A stretch of 32,000 nucleotides of DNA from Planctopirus limnophila DSM 3776 (GCF_000092105.1 NC_014148.1:5310001-5342000); one strand, 5' to 3'. Counted from the first letter of the stretch, positions 17,168-27,515 are shown. Notes: generated by a model not told the origin, from the letters alone. Numbers and translations: made by a program.

Positions 17168-18346
17168 TCATTGCAGGGCCTGGATGGCTTTCGCAGGATG
17201 AGCGACTGTCGCGTAGATCTCACGAATTTTCTGAGTCATATACTCATGACGAAAGACGTCCTGAAATAATTCTCGCCCCCGCTGGCCGTATTGCTGGCGA
17301 AGGAGCGGATTTGCCAGCAACTCGATGGTCGCTTTAGCCAACCCTGGCACATCACCTCGCGGCAACAGATAGCCAGTTTCACCCGGGCGGACGATCTCGC
17401 TGGCACCGTCGATGTCGTAGCTGATGACGGGCTTGCCTGCCAGCAAGCCCTGCGGCAAGACGCGGGCTAACCCTTCCCATTCGCTGCAATGGACCACGAC
17501 ATCCATCGCATGAATGAGCTCCGGGATCTGGCTGGGTGGCACGAGGCCGGTGAAGACGAAGTGATCCGTCAGACCGAGCCTCGCGATCTCCGCCTGATAC
17601 TGCTCCCGGAGAATACCATCACCAACGAGAAGAAACTTCACCTGAGGTTGTTGCCGGACGATTTCGGGAGCGGCGGCAATGAGGTACTGATGCCCTTTGA
17701 GGTGGAACAGCCGGGCGATCTTGCCGACGACAAGATCGCTCTCGCTCAGGCCGAGTTGAGCGCGGATTTCGGCCCGACTCTTGACTGGCGACAAATAGGG
17801 TTGGACATCGAAGCCGCTGCGGATGGTCGTGAATTTCTCTCGCGGGGCCACTCGAGCAGCCACGTATTGCTCGGTCATCGCATCGGAAACGCTGATAAAG
17901 TGAGCCGTCTGCCGGCCTGCCCGTTGTTCGAGAAAACGATAGAGACGATAGGCGGGAGCTGACTGCCCGTAATGAAACGAGGCTCCATGAATGGTATGCA
18001 CAACGGGGACACCTTCCACAAACCCTGCCTGCCTGCCGATGATCCCCGCCTTCGAGGCATGGGTATGAATCACGTCGGGCTTCAAGGTGCGAATGAGCCG
18101 CCTGAGTTCCTGGTACGCTCGCCAGTCTTGCCAGGGGCGAATGGCACGATGCAGTTCGGGCATGACAATCAAGCGGGCACCCGATTTCGCCGCCCGCTCT
18201 TCGAGCGAACCTTCCGGCCCCAGGCCCGGCCCGGTGACAAGTGTGACCTCGTCGCCGAAAAGCTGCACCTGATCCTCGACATTCGAAACGGTATTCTCCT
18301 GCGCACCGCCGACAATCAATCGAGTGATGAAGTGCATTGTATGCAT
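17168..18346 (-). CDS. Glycosyltransferase family 4 (group 1 GT)
   Basis: N-terminal GGAQ (GT4 N-domain) and C-terminal E..G.....EA/ GKPVISYDIDGASEIV..GETGYL (EX7E-type region). The 392-aa length is typical. Confidence 0.9.
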   Translation of the reverse strand: MHTMHFITRLIVGGAQENTVSNVEDQVQLFGDEVTLVTGPGLGPEGSLEERAAKSGARLIVMPELHRAIRPWQDWRAYQELRRLIRTLKPDVIHTHASKAGIIGRQAGFVEGVPVVHTIHGASFHYGQSAPAYRLYRFLEQRAGRQTAHFISVSDAMTEQYVAARVAPREKFTTIRSGFDVQPYLSPVKSRAEIRAQLGLSESDLVVGKIARLFHLKGHQYLIAAAPEIVRQQPQVKFLLVGDGILREQYQAEIARLGLTDHFVFTGLVPPSQIPELIHAMDVVVHCSEWEGLARVLPQGLLAGKPVISYDIDGASEIVRPGETGYLLPRGDVPGLAKATIELLANPLLRQQYGQRGRELFQDVFRHEYMTQKIREIYATVAHPAKAIQALQ

Positions 18347-18440
18347 ACGGAGCCAGCTTTATCGCACAGTTGTTGGGTGGGGTGCGTGATTCAGGTAGGG
18401 TGCATGGAGTCCTCGGAATGCACCAGTATTATCTATATAA

Positions 18441-18486
18441 GGTAAAAATGAAGGACACTTCCATGACTTGGCGTGTCCTTCATTTT
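18441..18486 (-). terminator. Rho-independent terminator downstream of argG
   Basis: AAAATGAAGGACAC (18445-18458) / GTGTCCTTCATTTT (18473-18486) form a 14-bp stem with a 14-nt loop. A/T runs on both sides could allow bidirectional action. Confidence 0.75.
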
Positions 18487-18538
18487 GATAATTGTCGCGA
18501 TCGGTTCGCTGAATCGGCAGGCGGGAGCCTGCCCTACT

Positions 18539-19753
18539 TTAATACTTTCTGGCGCGAGCGCGGGCCTGGACGCGGCTGGGGAGGCCCATGATTCGCAGGA
18601 AGCCTTCGGCATCGGTCTGGTTGTACGAACCGCCACCTTCCATGCTGGCAATCGCTTCGTCGTAGAGGCTGTTCGGGCTGGTGCGGCCCTGATTGATGAT
18701 GTTTCCCTTGTAGAGGCCCAGCACCACTTCACCTGTCACAGGCTGTTGAGCTTCCTTGATGAACGCGAGCAAGGCATCCATCTTGGAGACGTACCAGAAG
18801 CCGTAATAGACCATCTGAGCGACTTCTGGCGAGAGCCGATCGCGCAAGTTGACCAGATCGCGGTCGAGGGTGAGTTGTTCCAGCGTTTGATGAGCATGGT
18901 ACAGCACAGTCATGGCTGGTGCTTCATACACGCCCCGGCTCTTCATGCCGACAAAACGGTTCTCGACAATATCAATCCGGCCGACACCATTGCGGCCGGC
19001 AATCTTGTTGAGTTCCAGCACAATCTGCAGTGGCGAGAGCTTCTTGCCGTTCACTCCGACAGGAATCCCCTTTTCGAATTGAATCGAAACCGATTCCACA
19101 GCATCAGGGGCGGCTTGCGGCGAAACCGTCATGCCGAAATCGACAATATCGACGCCGCAAACGTTGGGATCTTCCAGCTTGCCCGCTTCGTAACTGATAT
19201 GGAGGCAGTTCTCGTCAGAGCTGTAGGGCTTGGCAGCGGACGCTTTGACGGGAATGCCCTTCTGTTCGCAATAAGCGATCAGTTCTGTACGGCCAGGGAA
19301 CGCCTTGCGGAACTTTTCGATTCGCCAGGGAGCGATGATCTTGATATCCGGGTTGAGTGCTTCCGCAGCCAATTGGAACCGGCACTGGTCGTTCCCCTTG
19401 CCGGTCGCACCGTGAGCGTAGGCATCGGCACCGACTTCGCGGCAAACCTGGAGGCAGACCTTGCTGATCAATGGCCGGGCGATGGAGGTGCCCAGCAGGT
19501 AAATGTTCTCGTACTTGGCCTGCCACTGGAGGACGGGGAAGGCGAAGTCGCGGCACATCTCTTCCTGGGCGTCGACAATCCGAGCCGACTTGGCCCCGCA
19601 ATCGTGAGCCTTCTTCAGAATGGCTTCGCGGTCTTCGCAAGGTTGCCCCACATCGACGTAGACGCAATGTACGTCATAACCTTCATCCTGCAACCAGCCG
19701 AGGATGACCGATGTATCTAATCCACCCGAATAAGCCAGCACACAACTGGGCAT
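18539..19753 (-). CDS. argG: Argininosuccinate synthase
   Basis: AYSGGLDTSV (ATP-binding), ...AHGATGKGNDQCRF..., YSSDENCLHISYE and GRIDIVENRFVGMKSRGVYE. Confidence 0.97.
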   Translation of the reverse strand: MPSCVLAYSGGLDTSVILGWLQDEGYDVHCVYVDVGQPCEDREAILKKAHDCGAKSARIVDAQEEMCRDFAFPVLQWQAKYENIYLLGTSIARPLISKVCLQVCREVGADAYAHGATGKGNDQCRFQLAAEALNPDIKIIAPWRIEKFRKAFPGRTELIAYCEQKGIPVKASAAKPYSSDENCLHISYEAGKLEDPNVCGVDIVDFGMTVSPQAAPDAVESVSIQFEKGIPVGVNGKKLSPLQIVLELNKIAGRNGVGRIDIVENRFVGMKSRGVYEAPAMTVLYHAHQTLEQLTLDRDLVNLRDRLSPEVAQMVYYGFWYVSKMDALLAFIKEAQQPVTGEVVLGLYKGNIINQGRTSPNSLYDEAIASMEGGGSYNQTDAEGFLRIMGLPSRVQARARARKY

Positions 19754-19977
19754 TGCCGATGCTCCGTAACAGATTCTTTTCCCATTCGGCTGAAAACAGC
19801 GTTGTGAATGGGTTTCGTTGAACTGGGCAGATCACCTGCTTCAACTCGGGAGAGAAATCCCAGTTGAGGCAAGGTGTTCCGGCAGGCGACAATCACCTGC
19901 TGATGTCTGAAACCTCAGTTTAAGCATTGCCGAACGAAAGCGGTATTGTCAGGCTGAAGTGAACGTGTTTTCCCGGT

Positions 19978-20886
19978 TTGGCAGAAGGAGTTCAGTGCGT
20001 GCTCGATCTCTCGGTCGTTGAACGGCTTGGTACACTCGAACTGCAAGTGCGTGCTGTGGTTGACAGCCTGGCTCAGGGGAGGCATGCGAGTTCCTCTCGC
20101 GGATTTTCCATCGAATTCGCCCAGTATCGCGAATATACGCCCGGCGATGATCTGCGGTATGTGGATTGGAAAGTCTTTGGCAAGTCCGACCGGCTGTATG
20201 TCAAACAATTTGATGATGAAACCAGCTTTGGCTGTCAGATTCTGATCGATTCCAGTGAATCGATGGCTTTTCGTTCTCCGGCAGTGCCGTGCAGTAAGTT
20301 TGAATATGCTCGGCTCCTGGGTGCTTCGCTGGGATTGGTGATTCTCCAGCAGCAGGATCATGTGAAACTCCATGTGCTGGCTGAGTCTGCCGCACAAGCG
20401 GGCGGCTTTGCCAGGAGTTGGCCCGCGTATCGCCAGATGCTGGCCGAAATTGAACAGATTCAACCCGAGGGGAAGGGGAACCCTGGTCAATGCCTCATTT
20501 CGCTGGGGAATCAGAATCGACGTCGAGCCGTCATGGTGATTGTGACCGATGGGCTGAGTGATCTTCAGGAATTGATCTCCGGCCTGCGTCAATTGCGCTA
20601 TGGCCGGCACGATGTCCTCCTGCTGCAAGTGATGGATCGCTGGGAGAGAACCTTTCCGATGACGGGTTGGACGCAGTTTATCGGACTGGAAGAGTGGCCC
20701 GATCGCACGACCAATGCGCCATCGATTCGCGAAGGCTATCTGGCGGAGTACCAGTCATTCCAGCAGCAGTTGAACTCGGCCTGCCATGAAATGAAGATCG
20801 ATTTCTTCCCGATTTCGACCGATATGTCGCTGGATCAGGTGTTGCGATCCGTGTTGCAAAGGAATCCAGAACTCCTTCCTCAGTAG
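19978..20886 (+). CDS. DUF58-domain protein (vWA-like, normally MoxR-associated)
   Basis: GRHASSSRGFSIEFAQYREYTPGDDLRYVDWKVFGKSDRLYVKQFDDET...ILIDSSESM is the DUF58 core. The ORF opens at TTG 19978. The GTG at 19999 has AAGGAG 8 nt upstream and may be the true start. Confidence 0.85.
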   Translation: MAEGVQCVLDLSVVERLGTLELQVRAVVDSLAQGRHASSSRGFSIEFAQYREYTPGDDLRYVDWKVFGKSDRLYVKQFDDETSFGCQILIDSSESMAFRSPAVPCSKFEYARLLGASLGLVILQQQDHVKLHVLAESAAQAGGFARSWPAYRQMLAEIEQIQPEGKGNPGQCLISLGNQNRRRAVMVIVTDGLSDLQELISGLRQLRYGRHDVLLLQVMDRWERTFPMTGWTQFIGLEEWPDRTTNAPSIREGYLAEYQSFQQQLNSACHEMKIDFFPISTDMSLDQVLRSVLQRNPELLPQ

Positions 20887-20948
20887 TCTTTTACAGAGTT
20901 TAATGCCGTTGATTGTTCTACAAATTGGCAAGAAACCTCTTCTCGTAA

Positions 20949-20977
20949 TTGACACTGAGTCTCAATGTCAGCATTAT
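20949..20977 (+). promoter_or_regulatory. Sigma70-like promoter candidate upstream of hemP (TTGACA-N17-CATTAT)
   Basis: TTGACA at 20949-20954 and CATTAT at 20972-20977, 41 nt before the ATG at 21018. The spacer is bracketed by TGACA...TGTCA inverted pentamers. Promoter rules in this lineage are not established for me. Confidence 0.3.
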
Positions 20978-21017
20978 ACTTGTGGAGACGTACTTCACTG
21001 GACCATTGAGTCGGGAA

Positions 21018-21227
21018 ATGCCTGAGCTAAACCCATCCTCGGAACCTAGCCACCAGAATGCAGCGGGCGAGAGTCTCGAAACTCGCACCAATTTCACTTC
21101 CGGTACGACTTCTGCCGTCGACTCATCCAGTTTGATGAAGGGGCAAAAAGAGCTCCTTATCAATCATCTGGGCGAAATTTACCGCCTCCGAATCACACGA
21201 AACGGAAAGTTGATTCTTCACAAGTAG
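21018..21227 (+). CDS. hemP: Hemin uptake protein HemP-family small protein
   Basis: The C-terminus [24 protein letters not shown] matches the HemP signature (I.H.G..Y.LR.T..GKLILTK). ATG at 21018. Confidence 0.75.
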   Translation: MPELNPSSEPSHQNAAGESLETRTNFTSGTTSAVDSSSLMKGQKELLINHLGEIYRLRITRNGKLILHK

Positions 21228-21493
21228 CAGCGGGGCTGCCTTCCAGATCCACGCGTTATCGGGCTGAAGCGCATCCTCCACCGCTTTGTACCCGTCAGAT
21301 TTTCTGCCACAAATCTGCAGAACTTCTTCATGGGGAGCAAACTCGTCATGACGCAAACCGCGTCAGACGACTAAAATTCAACTGTCACCAGAAACGCAGA
21401 TATTTCTGGCAGTGATCCTGCCATCCTCGTTTCTGATCGCTCGCCCCGACTTTGCCCGGGGAACACAGGCAGTTGACGAAGGATCGGTCAAAA

Positions 21494-22096
21494 ATGTCTT
21501 CCGGAGCTTTACCCCCAAGTTCAGCAACACATCCGACGAGCAGTTCCTCCATCACTTCTCCGGGAGAATTGCTGAAACAGGAACTGTTGCTGCAGCAGGG
21601 TGGGCCCTACTCTCCCGCGATACCAATCTCGATCTCGTGGACAATCCCGGATGTCAGCCAAAACTCCACCCCGGCAACTCCACCCCGTGACATTTCCATC
21701 ACAGCCCAGGTGATTGCCTCTCAGCCTTTTGGCTGCGCGCTGGAAGAAATCGAACTTCAGGCCAGTCATCTCACCAATGCCTCGATGGACGTGTTGAAGA
21801 AATGGGCCAATGCTCTCTGCCAGAAAGTGACCTATCTGCTCGAAAGTCTGGGGCCTCTGGAATTCGATCAGGATGGTCAGGAAGTCCTGATTCGATCAAT
21901 CCCTCCCAGTTCGCTCACTTCGGCCAAGCGATACTACGAGATTCGACTGACAACACTCGGCCAAGGACGTTTTATTCTCGGTCGATACGAGGCTGTTCCG
22001 GGGCAATCCCGTTCGCGACAACCGCTGGAACTCGGGATCGAGCAGATTGTTCGTCTGGGAAACGATCTTGTCGCCACGCTCCCTGAATCTGCCTGA
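21494..22096 (+). CDS. Hypothetical protein, Ser/Pro-rich N-terminus
   Basis: 200-aa ORF from the ATG at 21494 (the ORF opens at 21452) with protein-like composition. No family was recognised. Confidence 0.55.
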   Translation: MSSGALPPSSATHPTSSSSITSPGELLKQELLLQQGGPYSPAIPISISWTIPDVSQNSTPATPPRDISITAQVIASQPFGCALEEIELQASHLTNASMDVLKKWANALCQKVTYLLESLGPLEFDQDGQEVLIRSIPPSSLTSAKRYYEIRLTTLGQGRFILGRYEAVPGQSRSRQPLELGIEQIVRLGNDLVATLPESA

Positions 22097-22384
22097 AGAC
22101 CCAATCGAGCGATTGTTTCACGATAATGCCCCGCGTTGTGTGGACTGCTCAGTTTTTTACGGCTTAACGGCATTTCCTGAGTCGATCTATTCACTTGAGC
22201 ACAGGATCGTTGCCTCGTGTAACGAAACAGTCTCGACAGGCTGTTCACAATCAACTAACACTTCCGCTCGTCAAGCCGGTTTCATGATGAACCACCGGCA
22301 GAAATGTCCAGATTTCACCCCACGAACACAGCATGGATGCTGTCTGAAGCCATCAGGCGACAGACATCGTGAGGAACCGTTCGT

Positions 22385-24271
22385 ATGCCATTTCGACAAC
22401 TGATCATTCCACCGATCTACATTATCCTGTACGGATTCACATATCTTCTGGCCTACTCTCTGCGCTTCGATTTCGAAGTTCCCAGTGAGGTCTGGGGGAG
22501 ATTTCTAGCCACTTTTCCACTGGTGATTGCCACCAAGTCGCTGGTGAATCTATTGACTCGTCAATGGCGCAGGAAGCACCGTTACACCTCGCTGGTTGAT
22601 GTCATCTACGTCACCGGAGATGCCTTTTTTGCAGCGACATTACTTTTGGCCATCAATGCCTTTCTGCCCTCGGGAATCGTGATTCCGCGATCGATTGTGT
22701 TGATCGATCTGATGCTCACAGTTCTGGCAATTGCCGGCCTGCGTTCGATGATTCGCAGCTATTGTGAGGTGATTCATCCTAAGCTCCACCGCAGGCTGGG
22801 TGGTATGTCGCAACTGACTCCACGCCGGGCTTTGATCTACGGTGCAGATGCCAGTGCAGTGGCAATTTTCCGCGCACTCAAAAGCGGCAACGAAGAGTAT
22901 CGCATCTGTGGTTTTATCGATCCTGAAGGTTTCTCTCAGTCGAGCATTATTGGCGAAGCCGAAGTCTTCAGTGGCCAGATCGATCTTGCAAAAATCGCTA
23001 AAAAAGTCCGAGCGGAAATGTTGCTCATACCGGCATCGACGCCCGGGCGAATCGTGCGAGAGTTACTCGTGCAATGTGATGACCAACATCTTCTGGCCCA
23101 TGTGATCCCGGGTGTCGATGAAATCGTCAATGGACGCATTCGGCTGGCGACGCGGGAAGTGACCATCTCCGACCTGTTACGCCGCGAACCGACAAAGCTC
23201 GATTTTGAAAGTATGCGGAGTTACATCTCTCGTCGCCGTGTGCTGGTCACGGGAGCTGCGGGAAGTATTGGCTCAGAGCTGTGCCGACAAATTCTGGCTC
23301 TGAATCCGGAAAGTCTGATTCTGCTCGATCAATCCGAGCCTGGCATTTTTGCCATGGAACAGGAGTTCCAGACGCGTACGACGGGTGGCACTCGACTGGT
23401 TTACGAGATCGCCGATATGCGCGATCAACCCACGCTCGAACAGATCTTCGATACCTACAAGCCCCAACTGGTTTTCCATGCAGCGGCATATAAGCATGTT
23501 CCTCTTATGGAAGCCAATCCGCAGGAAGCGATCCGTAACAACATCTTCGGTACAAAGGCACTGGTCGATGCTGCTGATCAATTTGGCGTGGATCGCTTTG
23601 TGTTGATTTCGACCGATAAAGCTGTGCGTCCCACCAACATCATGGGCTCTACAAAACTCTTTGCCGAGAAATATCTGCAGGCGACTGCCCAGAAATCCAA
23701 AACCGAATTCATGACGGTTCGCTTCGGGAATGTGCTCAACTCGGCTGGCAGTGTGGTACCGACATTCCGCCGACAGATTCTCGAAGGTGGCCCGATCACT
23801 GTCACGCATCCCGAGATGGTGCGGTTCTTCATGACGATTCCTGAAGCCGTTCAACTCGTGCTGCAGGCAGGGGCCATCGGACAAACCGGCGGCGTCATGA
23901 TTCTGGATATGGGCGACCCGGTGAAAATTCTCGATCTGGCCCGCGATATGATCTATCTTTCCGGGCTCAAGTACCCGGACGATATCGACATTGTCTTTAC
24001 TGGTCTTAGACCCGGCGAAAAGCTCTACGAAGAACTCTTCTATGAATCCGAAGTCTCGGCCGAGAAGATCCACGAAAAGATTTTCATGGCCCACCGGGCT
24101 CCGATTTCACCTCGTCTGGTGAAGGAAGCTCTCGCTCGTCTGCAGTCAGCCGTCGAACTTTCCCGGGAAGCTGCCGCTGCGACTTTGCGTGAGATCACGG
24201 CTGAGTTCGTGGCAATTGATGAGGGGACATCTTCCGAGCACATCAGCCAGCCCACTCGCAAAGCGGCTTAA
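22385..24271 (+). CDS. capD: Membrane-anchored polysaccharide biosynthesis protein, CapD/WbpM/PglF-type NDP-sugar 4,6-dehydratase/epimerase
   Basis: N-terminal TM helices, then VLVTGAAGSIGSELCRQI (Rossmann), FHAAAYKHVPLME, STDKAVRPTNIMGSTK and RFGNVLNSAGSVVP. Confidence 0.93.
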   Translation: MPFRQLIIPPIYIILYGFTYLLAYSLRFDFEVPSEVWGRFLATFPLVIATKSLVNLLTRQWRRKHRYTSLVDVIYVTGDAFFAATLLLAINAFLPSGIVIPRSIVLIDLMLTVLAIAGLRSMIRSYCEVIHPKLHRRLGGMSQLTPRRALIYGADASAVAIFRALKSGNEEYRICGFIDPEGFSQSSIIGEAEVFSGQIDLAKIAKKVRAEMLLIPASTPGRIVRELLVQCDDQHLLAHVIPGVDEIVNGRIRLATREVTISDLLRREPTKLDFESMRSYISRRRVLVTGAAGSIGSELCRQILALNPESLILLDQSEPGIFAMEQEFQTRTTGGTRLVYEIADMRDQPTLEQIFDTYKPQLVFHAAAYKHVPLMEANPQEAIRNNIFGTKALVDAADQFGVDRFVLISTDKAVRPTNIMGSTKLFAEKYLQATAQKSKTEFMTVRFGNVLNSAGSVVPTFRRQILEGGPITVTHPEMVRFFMTIPEAVQLVLQAGAIGQTGGVMILDMGDPVKILDLARDMIYLSGLKYPDDIDIVFTGLRPGEKLYEELFYESEVSAEKIHEKIFMAHRAPISPRLVKEALARLQSAVELSREAAAATLREITAEFVAIDEGTSSEHISQPTRKAA

Positions 24272-24445
24272 AGCCTGTTCAGAGGCGAAAGTTCTCTGTT
24301 GATCAGCGAATTCCTGTTTGACTTCGGCTTGTTCCGTGGTGGAAGATCATTTCCTGGAATACCGGCAAGGCGAGATTGCGCTGACGACCGGTTGACCGAC
24401 GATGGGTTGACCAGGGATAAACTTCGGGACGGGCGGGAATTGAAG

Positions 24446-25567
24446 ATGGTTACGGAGCGGAGGAATCGCCGCCGTCATTTTCTGTTGAGGGGTTGGCATC
24501 GCCTGCAGATTGAAAACAGGCTTCAGGTGCGTTCATCCCGCCTGCTCAAGAACTTCAGGTCGTCCGTTGAAAGACCCCAGAAAGTCGTTTCACGGGCACG
24601 GATTTCAGGCGCTTACTGGCATCCCAACTGGCCAGGTTCGGTCACTCTCACTATTCGTGGTCGAGACTCTTTCGCCTGCGATGCCTCGATCGATGTCATG
24701 ATCGAGAGACCGTTTGCCTGGATCGGCACTTCGGTTCAATCGGATATTCGACTCGTCGATGAAGCTCGTGCTCACTTTGAGAACCTGATTGTCTGGACAT
24801 CCGCCGGTGTGGCACTTTTCGAATTTCGCCCACAGCCTTCAAAAGGTCTTGATCAATCGGCTCCCACACTGACACAGCATTGGTTGTCACCCCGCTGGTG
24901 GCAAACTCGGGCCAGCCACCCGTGTGGCCGCATGGAATTGCTGTTCCCATTCCTGAAAAAATCAGTCCCTGTTCCCGCATTGAATTCTCTTGACATCAAG
25001 GCCATAAAAACCTCTGTGGATCGTTCGTTCCTCAAGAGTGGCCCCAGACTCGCATTCGTGCTTTGCAACTCCCGTATGAATCCAGCGAGTTCAACCAGCC
25101 CCGGTTCTCAAAACGACAATTCATCGACATCGCACGCCGACACTTTCGTTATCAACAAACACCTGACGATTGTCGGGAGTGATCCACAGTGCGACTGGCA
25201 GCTCCCTTGCTCTGCTCGAACGACGCCCATGGCTCATTTTCTGAGTCCGTGGCAAGCCCTGATCATTCGGGATGCGTCGGCATTGGGAATTGTCTCACTG
25301 AACCATCTGGCCCCAGTGCATGTGAATGGAGAGGCTTGCCATGCCGCCTTGCTGGAAGTTGGCGATCTGGTCTCATTCGGTGGACGCACAACCTATGAAG
25401 TGGTCGTGAATCCCGAAGCGATGTCACCAGAAGCATTGGTAGCAGACGACATCACAGGTTCGATGGATTTAGAGGCTGGGAAGGCGATCTCGCTACCAGT
25501 CTCATCACAGAATCTCAGCCCCGCCGAGTCACCTGCCGGATCTCTCGACGAGCATCCTGTGCCTTAA
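24446..25567 (+). CDS. Hypothetical protein with two degenerate FHA-like domains
   Basis: PFAWIGTSVQSDIRLVDE...HFENLIV and LTIVGSDPQCDWQL...HFLSPWQALIIRDASALGIVSLN...VHVNGEACHAALLEVGDLVSFGG resemble FHA cores. The start is uncertain: TTG 24299 or ATG 24446. Confidence 0.55.
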   Translation: MVTERRNRRRHFLLRGWHRLQIENRLQVRSSRLLKNFRSSVERPQKVVSRARISGAYWHPNWPGSVTLTIRGRDSFACDASIDVMIERPFAWIGTSVQSDIRLVDEARAHFENLIVWTSAGVALFEFRPQPSKGLDQSAPTLTQHWLSPRWWQTRASHPCGRMELLFPFLKKSVPVPALNSLDIKAIKTSVDRSFLKSGPRLAFVLCNSRMNPASSTSPGSQNDNSSTSHADTFVINKHLTIVGSDPQCDWQLPCSARTTPMAHFLSPWQALIIRDASALGIVSLNHLAPVHVNGEACHAALLEVGDLVSFGGRTTYEVVVNPEAMSPEALVADDITGSMDLEAGKAISLPVSSQNLSPAESPAGSLDEHPVP

Positions 25568-25997
25568 GCTTCTCCCGCTTGTCGTGCAGCTTGCGCCCTT
25601 TGGCGAGTGCAATTTTGATTTTGACGAACCCTCTTTGCAGATACATTTCCAGCGGCACAATCGTAATGGATCGTTCGCTGGTTCTGCCGCAAAACTTCTT
25701 CAGTTCCCGCCGGTGTGCCAGCAGCTTTCGCGTTCGCTTCGTTTCATGATTCAGCCATGAAGCCTGAGGGTATTCGTTGATATCGCAGCCGACCAGATAC
25801 AACTCGCCGTCCTGGACTCGCACCCAGGCTTCTTCAATCGATACCTTCCCGGCACGAATACTTTTAACTTCACTTCCCATTAAAACGATGCCGCAATCCA
25901 ACTGATCCATCAGTTCGTATTCATGCCGCGCACGACGATTCCGGCAGACCGAGATATTGTTCGGCTTATCGTCTTCTGGTTTTGATTTTGCAGCCAT
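25515..25997 (-). CDS. smpB: SsrA-binding protein SmpB
   Basis: NRRARHEYEL..CGIVLMGSEVKSIR, GELYLVGCDINEYPQAS..NHETKRTRKLLAHRRE and ALAKGRKLHDKREKLK. Confidence 0.95.
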   Translation of the reverse strand: MAAKSKPEDDKPNNISVCRNRRARHEYELMDQLDCGIVLMGSEVKSIRAGKVSIEEAWVRVQDGELYLVGCDINEYPQASWLNHETKRTRKLLAHRRELKKFCGRTSERSITIVPLEMYLQRGFVKIKIALAKGRKLHDKREKLKAQDARREIRQVTRRG

Positions 25998-26099
25998 CTG
26001 ACTTAACCTGACCTGGCTTCAATACTCGCCAGCACCAACGTCTTCACTTCAGAGTGTTCTGGGGTGAAAACGTATCGAACCTTTGCCAACACCAGGCAC

Positions 26100-27041
26100 C
26101 TATTCTGCAAACAACGCTTCCGCGAACTGATCGGGATCAAAAACTTCCAGATCATCAATTGCTTCACCGACTCCCACATATTTAACGGGAATACCCATCT
26201 GCTGTCGAATGGCGACAGCCACACCACCACGGGCTGTCCCGTCGAGTTTGCTGAGAATAAGGCCCGTCGTGCTGACAGCTTTCGAGAAGGCCTGGGCCTG
26301 ATTGAGTCCATTTTGACCTGTCGTCGCATCGATCACCAGGAGGGATTCATGTGGCGCATCAGGAATCTGTTTGGCAATCACCCGGCGAATCTTCTCCAGT
26401 TCCTGCATCAGGTTCTGCTGATTGTGCAGTCGTCCTGCTGTATCGATAATCAGGACATCGACACCCGCTTTGACGGCGGCTTCACAACCGGCAAAGGCCA
26501 CAGCCGCTGGATCTGTTCCGGCTGGTTTGGTGACAATGTCACAGCCCAGCCTCTGGCTCCAGAGTGTCAACTGCTCGACGGCGGCTGCTCGAAAAGTGTC
26601 TCCTGCGGCCAGTAACACGGTTTTCCCTTGCGAAGTTAGCAGCCGGGCCAGTTTGGCAATGGTGGTTGTCTTCCCGGTTCCATTCACACCGGCTACAAGA
26701 ATGACCGTTGGTCGGCTTTCTGAAAAATTCAGCGGCGAAAGTGGCTGTTCCGGATCGTAAGTTGTTGTAGAAGTCCCCTTGAGTATCGATTTGACGGTCG
26801 CTCGCACTGTGGCCCACAGTTCATCGACTTTCATCGTGCGGCCCAGATGCTCCTGCCTCAGATCACTCACAATCCGCGTAGTGGCAGCCACCCCCATATC
26901 GGTCTGAATCAGTCGGGCTTCGAACTGCTCAAGATGTTTCTCAGACAGAATCTCTCCCGATTTGAAGAGATCGCGAATATCTGTCCGCAGTAGCTGAGAT
27001 GTCTTTTTCAGCCCGGCTTTTAGCTTGTCGAAGAAACCCAT
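26100..27041 (-). CDS. ftsY: Signal recognition particle receptor FtsY
   Basis: MGFFDKLKAGLKKT N-terminus and NG-domain motifs GVNGTGKTTTIAKLA, AAGDTFRAAA, DTAGRL, SKLDGTARGG and VGVGE. AAGGAA lies upstream of the ATG at 27041. Confidence 0.95.
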   Translation of the reverse strand: MGFFDKLKAGLKKTSQLLRTDIRDLFKSGEILSEKHLEQFEARLIQTDMGVAATTRIVSDLRQEHLGRTMKVDELWATVRATVKSILKGTSTTTYDPEQPLSPLNFSESRPTVILVAGVNGTGKTTTIAKLARLLTSQGKTVLLAAGDTFRAAAVEQLTLWSQRLGCDIVTKPAGTDPAAVAFAGCEAAVKAGVDVLIIDTAGRLHNQQNLMQELEKIRRVIAKQIPDAPHESLLVIDATTGQNGLNQAQAFSKAVSTTGLILSKLDGTARGGVAVAIRQQMGIPVKYVGVGEAIDDLEVFDPDQFAEALFAE

Positions 27042-27515
27042 AACCCCAATTCCTTGCCAGAGCCGCTGCAGCGCACTCCTGGCGAACATCGCGACATTGG
27101 CGAAACATTCTGATTAGTTCTCAAGACCGGTTCAGCTCACTCGACCGGTAAGTTCTGATTTCATCGGCATCGTAACAGATCTGCTCCCGAGCGCCACGCG
27201 CTGGCCAGAACTTACCGACCGGTCGTTAACAGAAAACTGGCCTGACGAGTTTCAGACTTTGAAAAACATCAATGTGCCATGCTTGCAGCTCTGGGCAAGC
27301 ATGATTTGGCAACCAGGTGTTACTGCCTCGGAAACTTCTCAGAAATTCAGACTCTGAGAGATTACCACAGATGGTGGCCACCGAATGACAAACGACTCGC
27401 GCCTTGGGTTCGCAGCAGCAGCTGACAATCAGCGAGAACATTTCCTGTTGAATTCAGGCGTGAACTTACTGAAGGCCGGGCATGAGCCGGCCTTAATTTT
27501 CAGGAACAATTTGAA

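Noticed and set aside
18473-19720. 415-aa ORF on the + strand
   Set aside because: It lies entirely antisense to argG, whose homology is unambiguous. It starts at a non-ATG codon and has shadow-ORF composition typical of GC-biased third positions.
19915-20628. 237-aa minus-strand ORF
   Set aside because: It is antisense to the DUF58 gene and has no motif support.
23273-24094. 273-aa minus-strand ORF
   Set aside because: It is antisense to the CapD-family gene, which has clear Rossmann and catalytic motifs.
26003-26615. ORFs 26003..26329 (-) and 26064..26615 (+)
   Set aside because: They overlap or lie antisense to ftsY. The former would also bridge the ftsY-smpB gap out of frame with no RBS.
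27147-27216. 11-bp inverted repeat GGTAAGTTCTG / CAGAACTTACC with about 48-nt loop upstream of ftsY, and the AAGGCCGG/CCGGCCTT hairpin at 27472-27494 downstream of the tRNA
   Set aside because: They are plausibly ordinary leader or terminator structures. The T-tracts are too weak and there is no further support for a specific function.
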